32,144 nucleotides of DNA from NCBI GenBank assembly GCA_012799755.1, contig JAAZKQ010000604.1, forward strand, positions 1-32,144, given 5' to 3'. Both the position numbers and the translations under genes were made by a program. Position 1 is the first letter of the stretch; the number at the start of each line of letters is the position of its first letter. The notes beneath the pieces are model-generated. The model was given only the letters and a program-made list of their open reading frames with translations, was not told the DNA's origin and ran no database searches. This stretch comes from Lentisphaerota bacterium (GTDB taxonomy: Bacteria > Verrucomicrobiota > Lentisphaeria > Oligosphaerales > Oligosphaeraceae). Below are positions 9,601 through 18,094 of this stretch, one piece after another.

Positions 9601-12168
9601 CGCAGACTCATCGGGTGATTCCGTAAACAAGGTCACGCTTATGGCATAGGGGTGCTGGCGTTCCAGACCAAGTATATAGCGTTTGTCCTCGTCGTCATCT
9701 GTGACCTCTATCTTCTTAGCCAAATTCTTGAGATAGGCATGAACAGCGGCGATAAGGGGCTGTATGTCCTTGTTCCGATAGACTGCAATGCTCAGGCCGT
9801 CACGGGCATGCGGATGCAAGCGAAAGTAATCCAGCATCAAAAGGGTTAACTGCTTCGACTCACTGGATTCACGGAACATTTCTTTGTCACTGAAGTTTCT
9901 CTCGTCACCGGCGTCTTCGCCGTATTGCAGCTTCAGTCGGGTGGAGAGCAGCGCATCCGCCATCGGGGCCTTGCCAATACGGTGCACCAGCCCCTCTCCA
10001 CGCACATCGGTACTGAGGTTGTCGTTTTCGTCAAGCAAGCCCACCAAGGGCGATTGTATGGCCGCCAAGTCTACATAGCGCTGCCAGGCAAAAGGCTTGA
10101 AGGCATTGTTTGGTTGATCTCGCCGGATCTCTTCCTTAACCCGATTATTGAAACAGTGGAAAAGAAAGACGGTTTGTGCCTGGAACATCTCCAGAACCGA
10201 TGGATGTAAAATGGTCGCTACCCCAGAGCTTTCATGCGTTTCCGCATGCCAGCTTTCACCCAGGTCAACAGAGCGAGGATAAACGACGAGAAAAGCTCGG
10301 GTGAGCATACCCATCATTGATGACTGCGCGTTCTCCACATAAGCAGTCGCCTTCTGCATGGTCTCTTGGTAGGCCTTCCGTAGATCATGCCATCTGCCAT
10401 TTTGGGCAAAGATGGCCGTAAAAAGCCCTTGGCTTCTTGCCTCTTCAAGGAAAGTCCGGTAACACAAGGCCAGTTTTTCAAGATCACCCTTCAAGGGATC
10501 AGTCATTTTGACCCACTCGGGACTCAACAGGTTTGTCAGAACCTTGCCGCTCCCAACAGCGCTCTGGATAGCGTGGAGCAGTATCTGCCTGATCTCATGC
10601 TCCGACGAGGTATTCAAAAGTTCTTCATAATACAGGAGGTGAAAGACCGGGAGATTGTAGAGCTCTGAGGAGGCCGCGACTTTTTCGCTGGCCAGTTTGA
10701 GCAGATCAACCGACAGCCGAAATTGATGATGATCCGGGAGCAACCAGACAAAATGGCGTTTGAACGGCTCCAGGCCCCCTTGAATCTCAACGTCGAACTC
10801 AAGAGCCGGTTCAGCCGTGGAGCTGTAAGGACAGGTCATCTCCGAGTTAATGATGCTGCAGCTGATGGCAATGTCCTCGCCATCGGGACCAGCAATCAAC
10901 ACCTGGTCCTTGACTAGCTCGTCAATGCCACCAAGCAGGCGCTGGAGATAGTTCTCAGCCAGCTCGGCAGTCTCCTCATTGTCACTACTATCGTCTTGGT
11001 TATGCTTAAATCGCCGCCCAATGATGCTGATGTGCTCAATACGGCGTTCGTCTTCATGTCTGTTGCTCTTGGAGAATTCCTTCAGGGACTGCCAAAGCGC
11101 CGACAAGAGAACCTCAACCGGATTGCCATGCAAGAAATGCGGAGTATCCTTTTTCTTCGTGTTCGTCTTTGCCTTTTTAAACTTGAGAATCTTATCGCTG
11201 ATGAAGACAAAATCACAGCGCAGCAGGCGTGCTCTGTCACTGGAGTTCTCGTTCCGAATGTACTCAATCAAGCCTTCAAGGAACGCCTCGGCGGACTGGT
11301 AAGGACCAATAACGTCATCATCCAGCGTGAAGGGAAGCGGCTCGCCCTCATCAAGGGACTCGCGAAGGCCTGCAACCGCCTCTATCGCCTTTTTTTTCGG
11401 TGATGGTTCCATGAAGAGATTATAGTTGAAAAATCCCTCGGCTTTATTGATATAAGGCTCAAGTCTCTTTCTCGTACGGATGGGAAAACGGGCGAGCACG
11501 GGCAAGCCAAAATCTTGCAGGTTGGCCAGCAGATAACCAGGAACTTCGGCGACACTGTCAAGATGGCTGAAGTCCTGCTTGCTTAGCCAGTTGTCAATGC
11601 TGATCAAATCGCCGCGACCACAGGCGAAGATCGGCGTTAGGATGCGGTTGATGGTACTAAGGTCTTTCTCACTGATATCGGTAAAGCCCGATGCCTGCAA
11701 TTTTTGCATAATCCAGCCCTTGAAGCTCGGAGCCTTTTCATTCCCCCATTTCATTTCACTTTCCCAGATGGTGGCCGGATCGCAGCGATGAAAGTCAGCC
11801 AAGCTGGAGGCATCAGTCACCCGATCGGCGCCACATAAGATGATGATATGGCATTTGTTGGGTGCCGCGGGCAGATTGCGATAGTGGGTCAGATTGCCAT
11901 GCTCATCATACCAGCCCATGCTCCGTAGGGTGTCTTTGCCCGTGTCGGACCAAGTATCGGCAACCACAGAAGCAACTTTCAAGGTCAGCTGCACATCGGG
12001 AGCAGCGTAGGTAGCGGCATGTATGGCTCCCGCGACTGCCAACATGGAGCCTTCGGGCAAATCGGGGATCGTGAACAGCATTTTGGGGCTGCTGACCAGC
12101 GGGGCCTCCCGATACTTGTCTAACTCTCCCGTGATATGCGCTGCGTAGCATTGAGCCAAGTAATTCAT
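6610..12168 (-). CDS. sspH: DndH/SspH-like large protein (1852 aa) with C-terminal HerA/FtsK-type ATPase and candidate PD-(D/E)xK domain
   Basis: Walker A IFGSSGQGKT, Walker B IVLDEVQN, HerA-type REGRKFG and LATQS, plus RPD...VECK. It is the third gene of the F-G-H trio. Start moved to ATG 12168, which gives an ATGA overlap with the upstream gene. The symbol rests on analogy and synteny. Confidence 0.68.
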   Translation of the reverse strand: MNYLAQCYAAHITGELDKYREAPLVSSPKMLFTIPDLPEGSMLAVAGAIHAATYAAPDVQLTLKVASVVADTWSDTGKDTLRSMGWYDEHGNLTHYRNLPAAPNKCHIIILCGADRVTDASSLADFHRCDPATIWESEMKWGNEKAPSFKGWIMQKLQASGFTDISEKDLSTINRILTPIFACGRGDLISIDNWLSKQDFSHLDSVAEVPGYLLANLQDFGLPVLARFPIRTRKRLEPYINKAEGFFNYNLFMEPSPKKKAIEAVAGLRESLDEGEPLPFTLDDDVIGPYQSAEAFLEGLIEYIRNENSSDRARLLRCDFVFISDKILKFKKAKTNTKKKDTPHFLHGNPVEVLLSALWQSLKEFSKSNRHEDERRIEHISIIGRRFKHNQDDSSDNEETAELAENYLQRLLGGIDELVKDQVLIAGPDGEDIAISCSIINSEMTCPYSSTAEPALEFDVEIQGGLEPFKRHFVWLLPDHHQFRLSVDLLKLASEKVAASSELYNLPVFHLLYYEELLNTSSEHEIRQILLHAIQSAVGSGKVLTNLLSPEWVKMTDPLKGDLEKLALCYRTFLEEARSQGLFTAIFAQNGRWHDLRKAYQETMQKATAYVENAQSSMMGMLTRAFLVVYPRSVDLGESWHAETHESSGVATILHPSVLEMFQAQTVFLFHCFNNRVKEEIRRDQPNNAFKPFAWQRYVDLAAIQSPLVGLLDENDNLSTDVRGEGLVHRIGKAPMADALLSTRLKLQYGEDAGDERNFSDKEMFRESSESKQLTLLMLDYFRLHPHARDGLSIAVYRNKDIQPLIAAVHAYLKNLAKKIEVTDDDEDKRYILGLERQHPYAISVTLFTESPDESAAAMWVQQWRERWEAAETEKAYELYRYCRFSIAHRIIEQGDQGAFVKLIKEHFEADIAVLYDFVGACSGSSFEKVNEFDITSHKLMYPILEKACCSTNDPHGQYRRQRITSNRQFGLADKHANLLHSLRTKTSQPGTLVVATGVFNPWIELVNRLHEKAEWVVCIDPNMDERLIKPGDKTSGNKRDIIGFGSGVGNQGEDNYTISTEAFTLENIQRRVSQAIKELYVPEASWTPDECKESAEKIIATASTLSGLSLVRATGVHDNYIHDFMAYALSRMMLQSGEGESLLCETLVSLDAYRHWFDLAENNTRPDLMWLQVAIKDDGRLHVRIQLVECKLGSKPSDYVNKAQGQIDNGLLVLAAAFAPNTAGSEQRPDKRYWWMQLHRLIACKTEVERGRYQAARDALERLAEGDFKLSWAASVFLFGINGEDEIRRSYYWPSAGMPGITGNVYEIGGGFVRRLCCGSDAVPIDWSSLNGQGEGLAAPSGSDDCRFAQDDYAANDDDEDDDDDSADDGAELAAERAAAERAAAERAAAERAAAERAAAERAAEKAAAEKAAADGEKIAGDGASTPASIVMPLPPSPQAIAPVIVSHPAGLVQVADFGATDETDIILPSSIKPAKILLGTSIPGDQPVYWEFNHPELPNRHMIIFGSSGQGKTYAIQAILCEMQKLQQHSLIVDYTNGFLPNQLEEMTQVVLHPTQHVVRNNPLPINPFLAQTSDDGGIEFTETPNNIAKRIAGLFDSVYAIGDQQYSCLHQVIMDGVARWGTEMDLEKMLAMLDELRESKESKSPALSLSNKLRPFVLDRPFASGPSSYNWDQLFSAPETLCNIFQLYGMDTHSGRLITEFILWDLYGFLQARGVKTNPKVIVLDEVQNLDHREDSPLAKYLREGRKFGISLMLATQSMSGMKADEITRMFLADQQLFFRPSDTEMKNFAKILSQIDRRSADEWIRRLSALGKGECYSIGQQWDPMRNKLVKKAVKIRITPLEERGFEC
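7923..8048 (-). repeat. Coding 15-bp tandem repeat (about 8 units) encoding (AAAER/K)n
   Basis: The plus strand has repeated CAGCAGC[A/G]GCC[C/T]TCT. The translation is LAAERAAAERAAAERAAAERAAAERAAAERAAEKAAAEKAAAD. Confidence 0.92.
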
Positions 12169-13823
12169 TTCCCGTCTCCCCCATTGTCGATTGGATTGTG
12201 AACCAACGCACACGAATCAGAGAGCTGAACCAGAAAGCCGGCGCCTTCCAGCATGGTCAATAGCCACTTGTCAATATCTGCCGGGAGATGGAGGCCCTGC
12301 TTTTTGCTCTCCAAATTGGCCTTATTCAGGCCGACAGCGTCAAGCACAAGTCCGTGCCGCGATTTCAGCTGCTTCTTGAAGGTGTCATAGGTGAGACGGC
12401 CATTGTGCGGTACGATGGTGACGACCAAGTAACGCAGGAGCTGCTCGTTGAGCACAAAGCGCGCCCCAGCACTTCTCTTGGGAACAATCAGGCCAATGCG
12501 TTTGGCCAGGCTGGTAAACAACTTCCAGCCGTAGGCGTCATCGGCGTTTTTGTAGATGCTCTCAAGCGATTTCTGCTTGCCGCTGGCGTGTTCAGCCGAT
12601 GCTTTCACCTCATCCAAAATCTCTTCTACTCGCAATGAGGCAAAGATCATTTTCCGGATATCTTTGACCGACTGCTGAGACAAACGACGCACTGCAGGCT
12701 GGACCTCATCGGGAGCCGAGAGAGCCAGGAGATACCCAAGCCCAGTGTCCGGCGCATCAGCTTGTTTGGTCACACGGGCACTTTGACTGGCCAGGGCGCG
12801 AAGCACCTGCATGCAGCATGCCGTCTCAAGCAACGCAAGGCGATCCATGATATCAAGTTTTGCTGTCAACAGCCTGCGCAACTCAACAGCAAAGAGATAA
12901 CCCTCCCGCCAACTGTCCGCATTGCAATAGCCGGCTTCAACATATCGATTCGCTTGATCTTTTCTGTCTATGTCAGTATACGATGCCGTCTCGTCCTCCA
13001 GGCCGACATCTATCAGCTCCGCAATCTCAGTCAAGGTTTTCGGGCAGGATTTCTCACGTAGTTGACCAAAAGCCTGGTTCAAACTTTCACGAAGCCAAGC
13101 GGGATCGCGCTCGTTATCTGTGAAACCGAGGTCATCGCCATCACACCATTGCCCAATGCTTTCAGAACTCTGCCGTAAGGCATTGCAGACCTGCAAGTAG
13201 AGGAGCTCACCGCCACGGGCGAGAAATAGATGCTGGGTCATATTGAAAACTGAAGATAGGTTTGATAAAAGATCGCACCAATTCTGAGAAGAGAGTTTTT
13301 TGGCTTTCGACTCGCTCCATATTGTTTCGCCTGCGAGGAAAGCAGGTGACACTGGCAGGAAGCTCTGTGCGCACCACGTCCGTCCGCCGCCGGCGCCCTG
13401 GAAGCCCATGAACAGATTGGTCAAGGTTCGAACCACGTCCTCCTCCTGGCTGGCACCGTTTATGTCTATGCAAGACTTGAGGTTATCAACCAACTCTTGG
13501 TAGTGTTCCCTATGCGACGCGTGTCTGGTCTCCAACTGCGATGCGCCGAGGAAGGAGAAGAGTTTTAGATTCAGACGGGCCTTGGGCGAATACTGTAACT
13601 TTGTCCAAGAACAAGCATCGCTTGTCAGCGGAGGTAAAGCGTCAGAAACAACATCTCCGTCGTTGACTTTTTTTGGGGAAAAAACAAGCAGCAGTAATTC
13701 CACCAGGAACTCGCAGGGCGACTGATCTTTGTATAGCCGTTTCCCGTAAAGCAGAAGGGAAGGATTTGTTACACTGCCTGTTTCATCTGAACGAGAACTC
13801 TCAGTTGGGAAGTACTCAAGCAT
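12165..13823 (-). CDS. sspG: DndG/SspG-like protein (552 aa)
   Basis: The C-terminal IGLIVPKR...FVLNEQLL...RHGLVLD...GFLVQLSDSCALV resembles the DndG C-terminus (xSDSxxAxxV). It sits between the F-like and H-like genes. Start is ATG 13823 with RBS GGAGGTG and an 8-bp overlap with the upstream stop. Confidence 0.6.
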   Translation of the reverse strand: MLEYFPTESSRSDETGSVTNPSLLLYGKRLYKDQSPCEFLVELLLLVFSPKKVNDGDVVSDALPPLTSDACSWTKLQYSPKARLNLKLFSFLGASQLETRHASHREHYQELVDNLKSCIDINGASQEEDVVRTLTNLFMGFQGAGGGRTWCAQSFLPVSPAFLAGETIWSESKAKKLSSQNWCDLLSNLSSVFNMTQHLFLARGGELLYLQVCNALRQSSESIGQWCDGDDLGFTDNERDPAWLRESLNQAFGQLREKSCPKTLTEIAELIDVGLEDETASYTDIDRKDQANRYVEAGYCNADSWREGYLFAVELRRLLTAKLDIMDRLALLETACCMQVLRALASQSARVTKQADAPDTGLGYLLALSAPDEVQPAVRRLSQQSVKDIRKMIFASLRVEEILDEVKASAEHASGKQKSLESIYKNADDAYGWKLFTSLAKRIGLIVPKRSAGARFVLNEQLLRYLVVTIVPHNGRLTYDTFKKQLKSRHGLVLDAVGLNKANLESKKQGLHLPADIDKWLLTMLEGAGFLVQLSDSCALVHNPIDNGGDGK

Positions 13824-16107
13824 CGAACACCTCCAGCCTGCCTTTCTGAACGGTAAATTCTTGCCCGCAGAAAGCATGATTGGTTTTGAGACGCACGAGC
13901 AGGATGCTGTCATCAGAATCGGTCTTTGCGCGTGATAAGATGGCATTTTTGAAGCGATCCAGGCGCTGCAGATATGATGCGTCAAGCATTTCACCCAACT
14001 CGCCATTATGCCGCATCATAACAAAATCTAGAAATGGCAGCTTCAAGGGTAACTCGATCTTATCGTACTGGTTCCTGCTGCAGATGAGCAGATCCTGTCG
14101 TTGTTGCATCAGTGCGTTGCCGCTCGTTTCCAGGACAAGCTCAAATGCATCTTTCCAGTTGACGGCGGCAAGAACGACTTGCGCGCTCTGGCGGATTTCA
14201 TTACTGCGCCGATTCAAGGTGATGTAGAGCCGAGTGTCCGTCTGTGATGAACCTTCCGGCAGGCGTACGCCAGTGAAGTACTCCTGTAAAACCCGGAATA
14301 TCTGTTTATCTAGGATAGCTTTTTGCGGGGTCGGCAAGCCGTGATTGCTATCTTGCCAGGACAGCCAGTCCAATATCGCGGGGGAATTGAGGTATTGGCT
14401 CAAGTAATACCGCTGATCTTCTGGAAATTCATAGAGGAAATAGTAGAGGCGGCGGACTTGCTCGCGGGCCCGCGCGCTTTCCTCCTCATCGTGGGCCATA
14501 CTCGATCCTTTTCGCAGCAGCGAAATGATGGCGCCCTGCAGGAGAGGTATCTTGATATCTGGCTCAAGACTTCTGTTGCGTAGCCACATGCCACGCTCCC
14601 AGCCTGGGCTGGGACGAGAACCATAGTGCTGCTCGGTGATCGCCCGGACGGCTTTCATCTCCTGGGCATCGGGGTCCGCCTTCACCCCGTCATGGCCAAA
14701 GAAACGATTGGTGAACAGATAGGCCGTTGGCGAGAGCGTACGGTCCTTTTTCAGCAGCTCCTGGATGGTAACTTCATTCAGACCGGACGTGATGATATAA
14801 GCCAGATGCTCGGTCAGCTGCCGCATGGTCAAACGCGTGCCATATTCGTATAGCCGGCGGTAGGCCAAAAATATCCGCGATACCGCCAAGTCCTGCATGT
14901 CCCAAAGTACCCTGACGTTGGTGTAGACAGGACAACGCTCGGCATTTTCACAGCTGCCACAGCATTGCCAGCGCTCTTTAGCAAGCATCTTCGCAAAAAT
15001 GCTTTGCGCAATGTCAAGATTGTCAAGTTGCGCCAAGTTGAAAACCAGGAAGTGCAAGTCATCAGCCAAGGCGAGTTCGCCCTGCCCATCCTGACTGTCG
15101 ATGGCGTTGAGCACGGCGTCCTCTAGTTCCACCGGGCTTTTTCTTATATTGGCGTGCTGACTTTTGACCAAATCCAGCAGCGTGCCGGTATTCGATACCA
15201 ACAAAAAACGGCGGCTCCGTCCCTTGAGTTCCTTGATCAGTTCGTGGTCTTGCTGCCGATTGCGCTCACTCAAGTCTTTGATGATCGTGACGCCATTGCA
15301 TTCTTCACGATCCAGCATGGGGGAACTCAATGGCGCCACGGAAGGCACCCCCCGCAAGCGCTTCAATATCTCCAACGCTATCGTCGTCTTGCCATCACCA
15401 GCATGACCAGTCAAGATGACGTGATGACCACGCGGAGAGACTAACTCGTCGTAAATGATATTCGCTAATGGATGAGATACCTGTATCAACGAAAAATCTT
15501 CAGCGCAGGCCTGCGACTCTGCCAAGGCATTCTCATTGCCACCACCACTGCGCTGTAAGGTATTCAAATAACGAACAAATGAATTGCATGAAGGAGGGAT
15601 AAGATTAAGAGCATACTGAGTAGAACCCATTGATTGATTGATGTTCAACGTCTCACCCCCGTACAATTCGATTAAGGTTTTCCGGGCCAATAATCTATGT
15701 TCTTTATTCTGTAAAAACAAGTGTACTCTATTGTTTACTTTTGCGCCACTAAAAACATCAATAATACGTTTTTTTGTGAAACGAGAATGCTTGATGTTGA
15801 GAATGTCATTGTACTCTTCTTGTTTATCTGGTTTGATTAAAAGAACATATATTTTGTCATTTTGAAGATAATAAAAGGGAGCCTCAATCATTGATGATAA
15901 AAAATCTGATTGCGGTGATAACTGATTATACCAGTATTCAAATAGAGACTCTAACTGGGAGTCTAGATTAATAATATCATCACGTCCCGGTGATTCTTCA
16001 TATAAATCAACGATTGCTAGAAGCAAGGCAAATTTATGTGGTTTTGGTTCCCCATCAAATTGTCCTGCACGAATGTTCCGAAATAATTCAAGCACTTCGT
16101 CATTCAT
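13816..16107 (-). CDS. sspF: DndF/SspF-like P-loop NTPase with N-terminal SBD-like (PT-DNA sulfur-binding) domain (763 aa)
   Basis: Walker A LTGHAGDGKT, IIKDLSE, VSNTGTL and a CxxCxxxxxCP cluster. The N-terminal ~150 aa contain KPHKFALLLAIVDL...LFEYWY...EAPFYYLQND. Start is ATG 16107, overlapping the desulfurase stop (ATGAATGA). Confidence 0.62.
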   Translation of the reverse strand: MNDEVLELFRNIRAGQFDGEPKPHKFALLLAIVDLYEESPGRDDIINLDSQLESLFEYWYNQLSPQSDFLSSMIEAPFYYLQNDKIYVLLIKPDKQEEYNDILNIKHSRFTKKRIIDVFSGAKVNNRVHLFLQNKEHRLLARKTLIELYGGETLNINQSMGSTQYALNLIPPSCNSFVRYLNTLQRSGGGNENALAESQACAEDFSLIQVSHPLANIIYDELVSPRGHHVILTGHAGDGKTTIALEILKRLRGVPSVAPLSSPMLDREECNGVTIIKDLSERNRQQDHELIKELKGRSRRFLLVSNTGTLLDLVKSQHANIRKSPVELEDAVLNAIDSQDGQGELALADDLHFLVFNLAQLDNLDIAQSIFAKMLAKERWQCCGSCENAERCPVYTNVRVLWDMQDLAVSRIFLAYRRLYEYGTRLTMRQLTEHLAYIITSGLNEVTIQELLKKDRTLSPTAYLFTNRFFGHDGVKADPDAQEMKAVRAITEQHYGSRPSPGWERGMWLRNRSLEPDIKIPLLQGAIISLLRKGSSMAHDEEESARAREQVRRLYYFLYEFPEDQRYYLSQYLNSPAILDWLSWQDSNHGLPTPQKAILDKQIFRVLQEYFTGVRLPEGSSQTDTRLYITLNRRSNEIRQSAQVVLAAVNWKDAFELVLETSGNALMQQRQDLLICSRNQYDKIELPLKLPFLDFVMMRHNGELGEMLDASYLQRLDRFKNAILSRAKTDSDDSILLVRLKTNHAFCGQEFTVQKGRLEVFDA

Positions 16108-17230
16108 GTTGATTCTCAAGTAGTTTATGAACTGTATTAATAAAAAGATCAAGCCCATCCAAAGACGACTGAGAACCGAAAGATATCCTAACCACGCATT
16201 CCCTGTAACCTCCTTCAACAATTAGGTTGATTACATGTGATACTCCAACAGCTCCATTACAGGCCGAACCCCTTGAAATACATATCGTTTTACAGTTTGC
16301 CACAAGGACATCAGAGTTAACTTTAGGAAAAATCACACTTAGTGTTCCCGGAAGAGATTTTTCAATAGGGGTTATTACTCTCGCAGTTGGAATTTTTTCA
16401 TGAAGAATACCACGGAAACGTGTCGTTAGCTCATCAAGAAAACGCCTTTTCTTATCCAAATTCATTGCGGCAATTTTGCATGCTTCGCCGAAGCCGACGA
16501 TAGCAGGCACGTTTAGCGTTCCGGGTCTGAGATCAGCTTCCTGTCCTCCCCCGCGAAAGGGTCTTACCCAAGGCCAGCAGCGAGCACCGCCACGGACAAA
16601 GAGCGCGCCGATGCCCTTGGGGCCATACAGTTTGTGGGCGCTGAAAGACGCAAAATCGCAATTGATCTTCAAGACGTCAAATGGTATTCGTCCCAGCGCC
16701 TGCGCTGCATCGCTGTGGAAATACGCGCCATTGTCGTGTGCAAGGCGCGCCAGTTCGGCAATGGGCTGGATGGTACCGATCTCGTTGTTGGCTGCCTGGA
16801 CGGAGACCAGCAAGCAGCGTGGCGTGATAAGACGGGCGGCCGCCTCGAGGTCAACGGCGCCATTCTTATCAACTGGCAACTCAATGAGCTCGAAGCCGCG
16901 TTCCTGAAGCAATCGCGCTGGCTCCAGGACAGACTTGTGTTCAATGGCGGATACGGCGATCTGCCGGCGCTCCTGCAGCGGAGAGAGGAGTACCCCCAGG
17001 AAGAGCAGATTATTACTTTCGGTTGCGCCGGAGGTAAAGACAATTTCCTCTGGGAGGGCATTGGCCAGGGTTGCGACCTGCTGGCGTGCTTTGTTGACGG
17101 CAGCGGCGGCACGGCGCCCCATGATGTGACTGCTGGCGGGATTGCCAAAGTCGTCGTTCCAGTAGGGGCGCATGGCTTCCACGACTTCGGGAGCGCATGG
17201 CGTGGTCGAATTATGGTCCCAGTAGATCAT
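16100..17230 (-). CDS. sspA: Cysteine desulfurase (SspA/DndA/IscS-like sulfur donor)
   Basis: YWDHNSTTP, FTSGATESNN, IEHKSV, HSDAAQ, PLP lysine in SAHKLYGPKG, RPGT and catalytic GSAC. Embedded in the PT operon. Start is ATG 17230 or TTG 17239. Confidence 0.88.
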   Translation of the reverse strand: MIYWDHNSTTPCAPEVVEAMRPYWNDDFGNPASSHIMGRRAAAAVNKARQQVATLANALPEEIVFTSGATESNNLLFLGVLLSPLQERRQIAVSAIEHKSVLEPARLLQERGFELIELPVDKNGAVDLEAAARLITPRCLLVSVQAANNEIGTIQPIAELARLAHDNGAYFHSDAAQALGRIPFDVLKINCDFASFSAHKLYGPKGIGALFVRGGARCWPWVRPFRGGGQEADLRPGTLNVPAIVGFGEACKIAAMNLDKKRRFLDELTTRFRGILHEKIPTARVITPIEKSLPGTLSVIFPKVNSDVLVANCKTICISRGSACNGAVGVSHVINLIVEGGYRECVVRISFGSQSSLDGLDLFINTVHKLLENQHE

Positions 17231-17241
17231 TCTGCTCAATC

Positions 17242-18075
17242 CTACAAATGACAGATCGTGCAGGCGATGGCCTCGCCGCTATCGGCGCCGTCACCCCATA
17301 CATCCTTAAGTTTTTGATGCCCCTTGAAAGCAAGGGCGTTGCGTTCTTTGCGTTTCAGGTAGTCGGCTTTAATCTCATCGGCGCGCTGGGCCAACTCATC
17401 CAGCGACTCGCCTTGATTCCACGTGTAGCGCTCTCCCGTCACGGGATCAACTTTCTCATAGGCCTTGGCTTTTTCGAATAAGTCTGGGTGGTTCTCCAAC
17501 AGGCCAATCCACTCGCGCTTCTGCTGAAAAAAACAAAAATAGCAGCCTGATCGAGAGCGCCAGGAGTAGTATTTCGGCAATCCCAGACCGGCCTCCTCAA
17601 GTATCCTCACGACGTCAGCATGACGAATGTTGTTCTCAATAAAGGGAAAGACGGCCTTGATGTTCGGCTTCGTCGATATATACCCCGTGCGATGCGGCTC
17701 GTCAGCCCGAATACCAACATAGCTCACAACCTCGTCGTCGCCGATATACTGCTCGTAGGACTTGAGTTTGAGCATTCTGGTACACCAGCGGGTTTGTGCG
17801 TCAGGCAAAACCCCTTTATACATGTCCAGGTAAAATTTGAAGTCCTTGATAGATTTTAGCCACTGAATTTTCTTGCCCAAAAAGGCTTCTAGCAAACCTA
17901 AGTATTCATAGGTTTCATCAAGCTCTTCTCCGGTATCACAGAAGACGTATTCGACATTGGGAATCTTGCCACGGAGGTACACAGCAAGGGCCGAGCTGTC
18001 TTTCCCCCCGGATAAGGCGATAATATGCCGCACGGGCTTAGCTTCTTTATCTGATGTGTGCGTAGCGACAGGCAT
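17242..18075 (-). CDS. sspD: PAPS-reductase-family protein (SspD/BrxP-like PT-installing enzyme)
   Basis: PP-loop SGGKDS, FCDTG, RWCTRMLK, GIRADE, SRSGCYFCFFQ and C-terminal CTICHL. Lies between an SspC-like ATPase and a desulfurase. Confidence 0.85.
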   Translation of the reverse strand: MPVATHTSDKEAKPVRHIIALSGGKDSSALAVYLRGKIPNVEYVFCDTGEELDETYEYLGLLEAFLGKKIQWLKSIKDFKFYLDMYKGVLPDAQTRWCTRMLKLKSYEQYIGDDEVVSYVGIRADEPHRTGYISTKPNIKAVFPFIENNIRHADVVRILEEAGLGLPKYYSWRSRSGCYFCFFQQKREWIGLLENHPDLFEKAKAYEKVDPVTGERYTWNQGESLDELAQRADEIKADYLKRKERNALAFKGHQKLKDVWGDGADSGEAIACTICHL

Positions 18076-18094
18076 TTAATACAATCCTTGATGG

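Noticed and set aside
16100-18075. Housekeeping iscS and sulfate-assimilation cysH
   Set aside because: No isc, suf or cys neighbours are present, and both genes are tightly coupled inside the defence operon.
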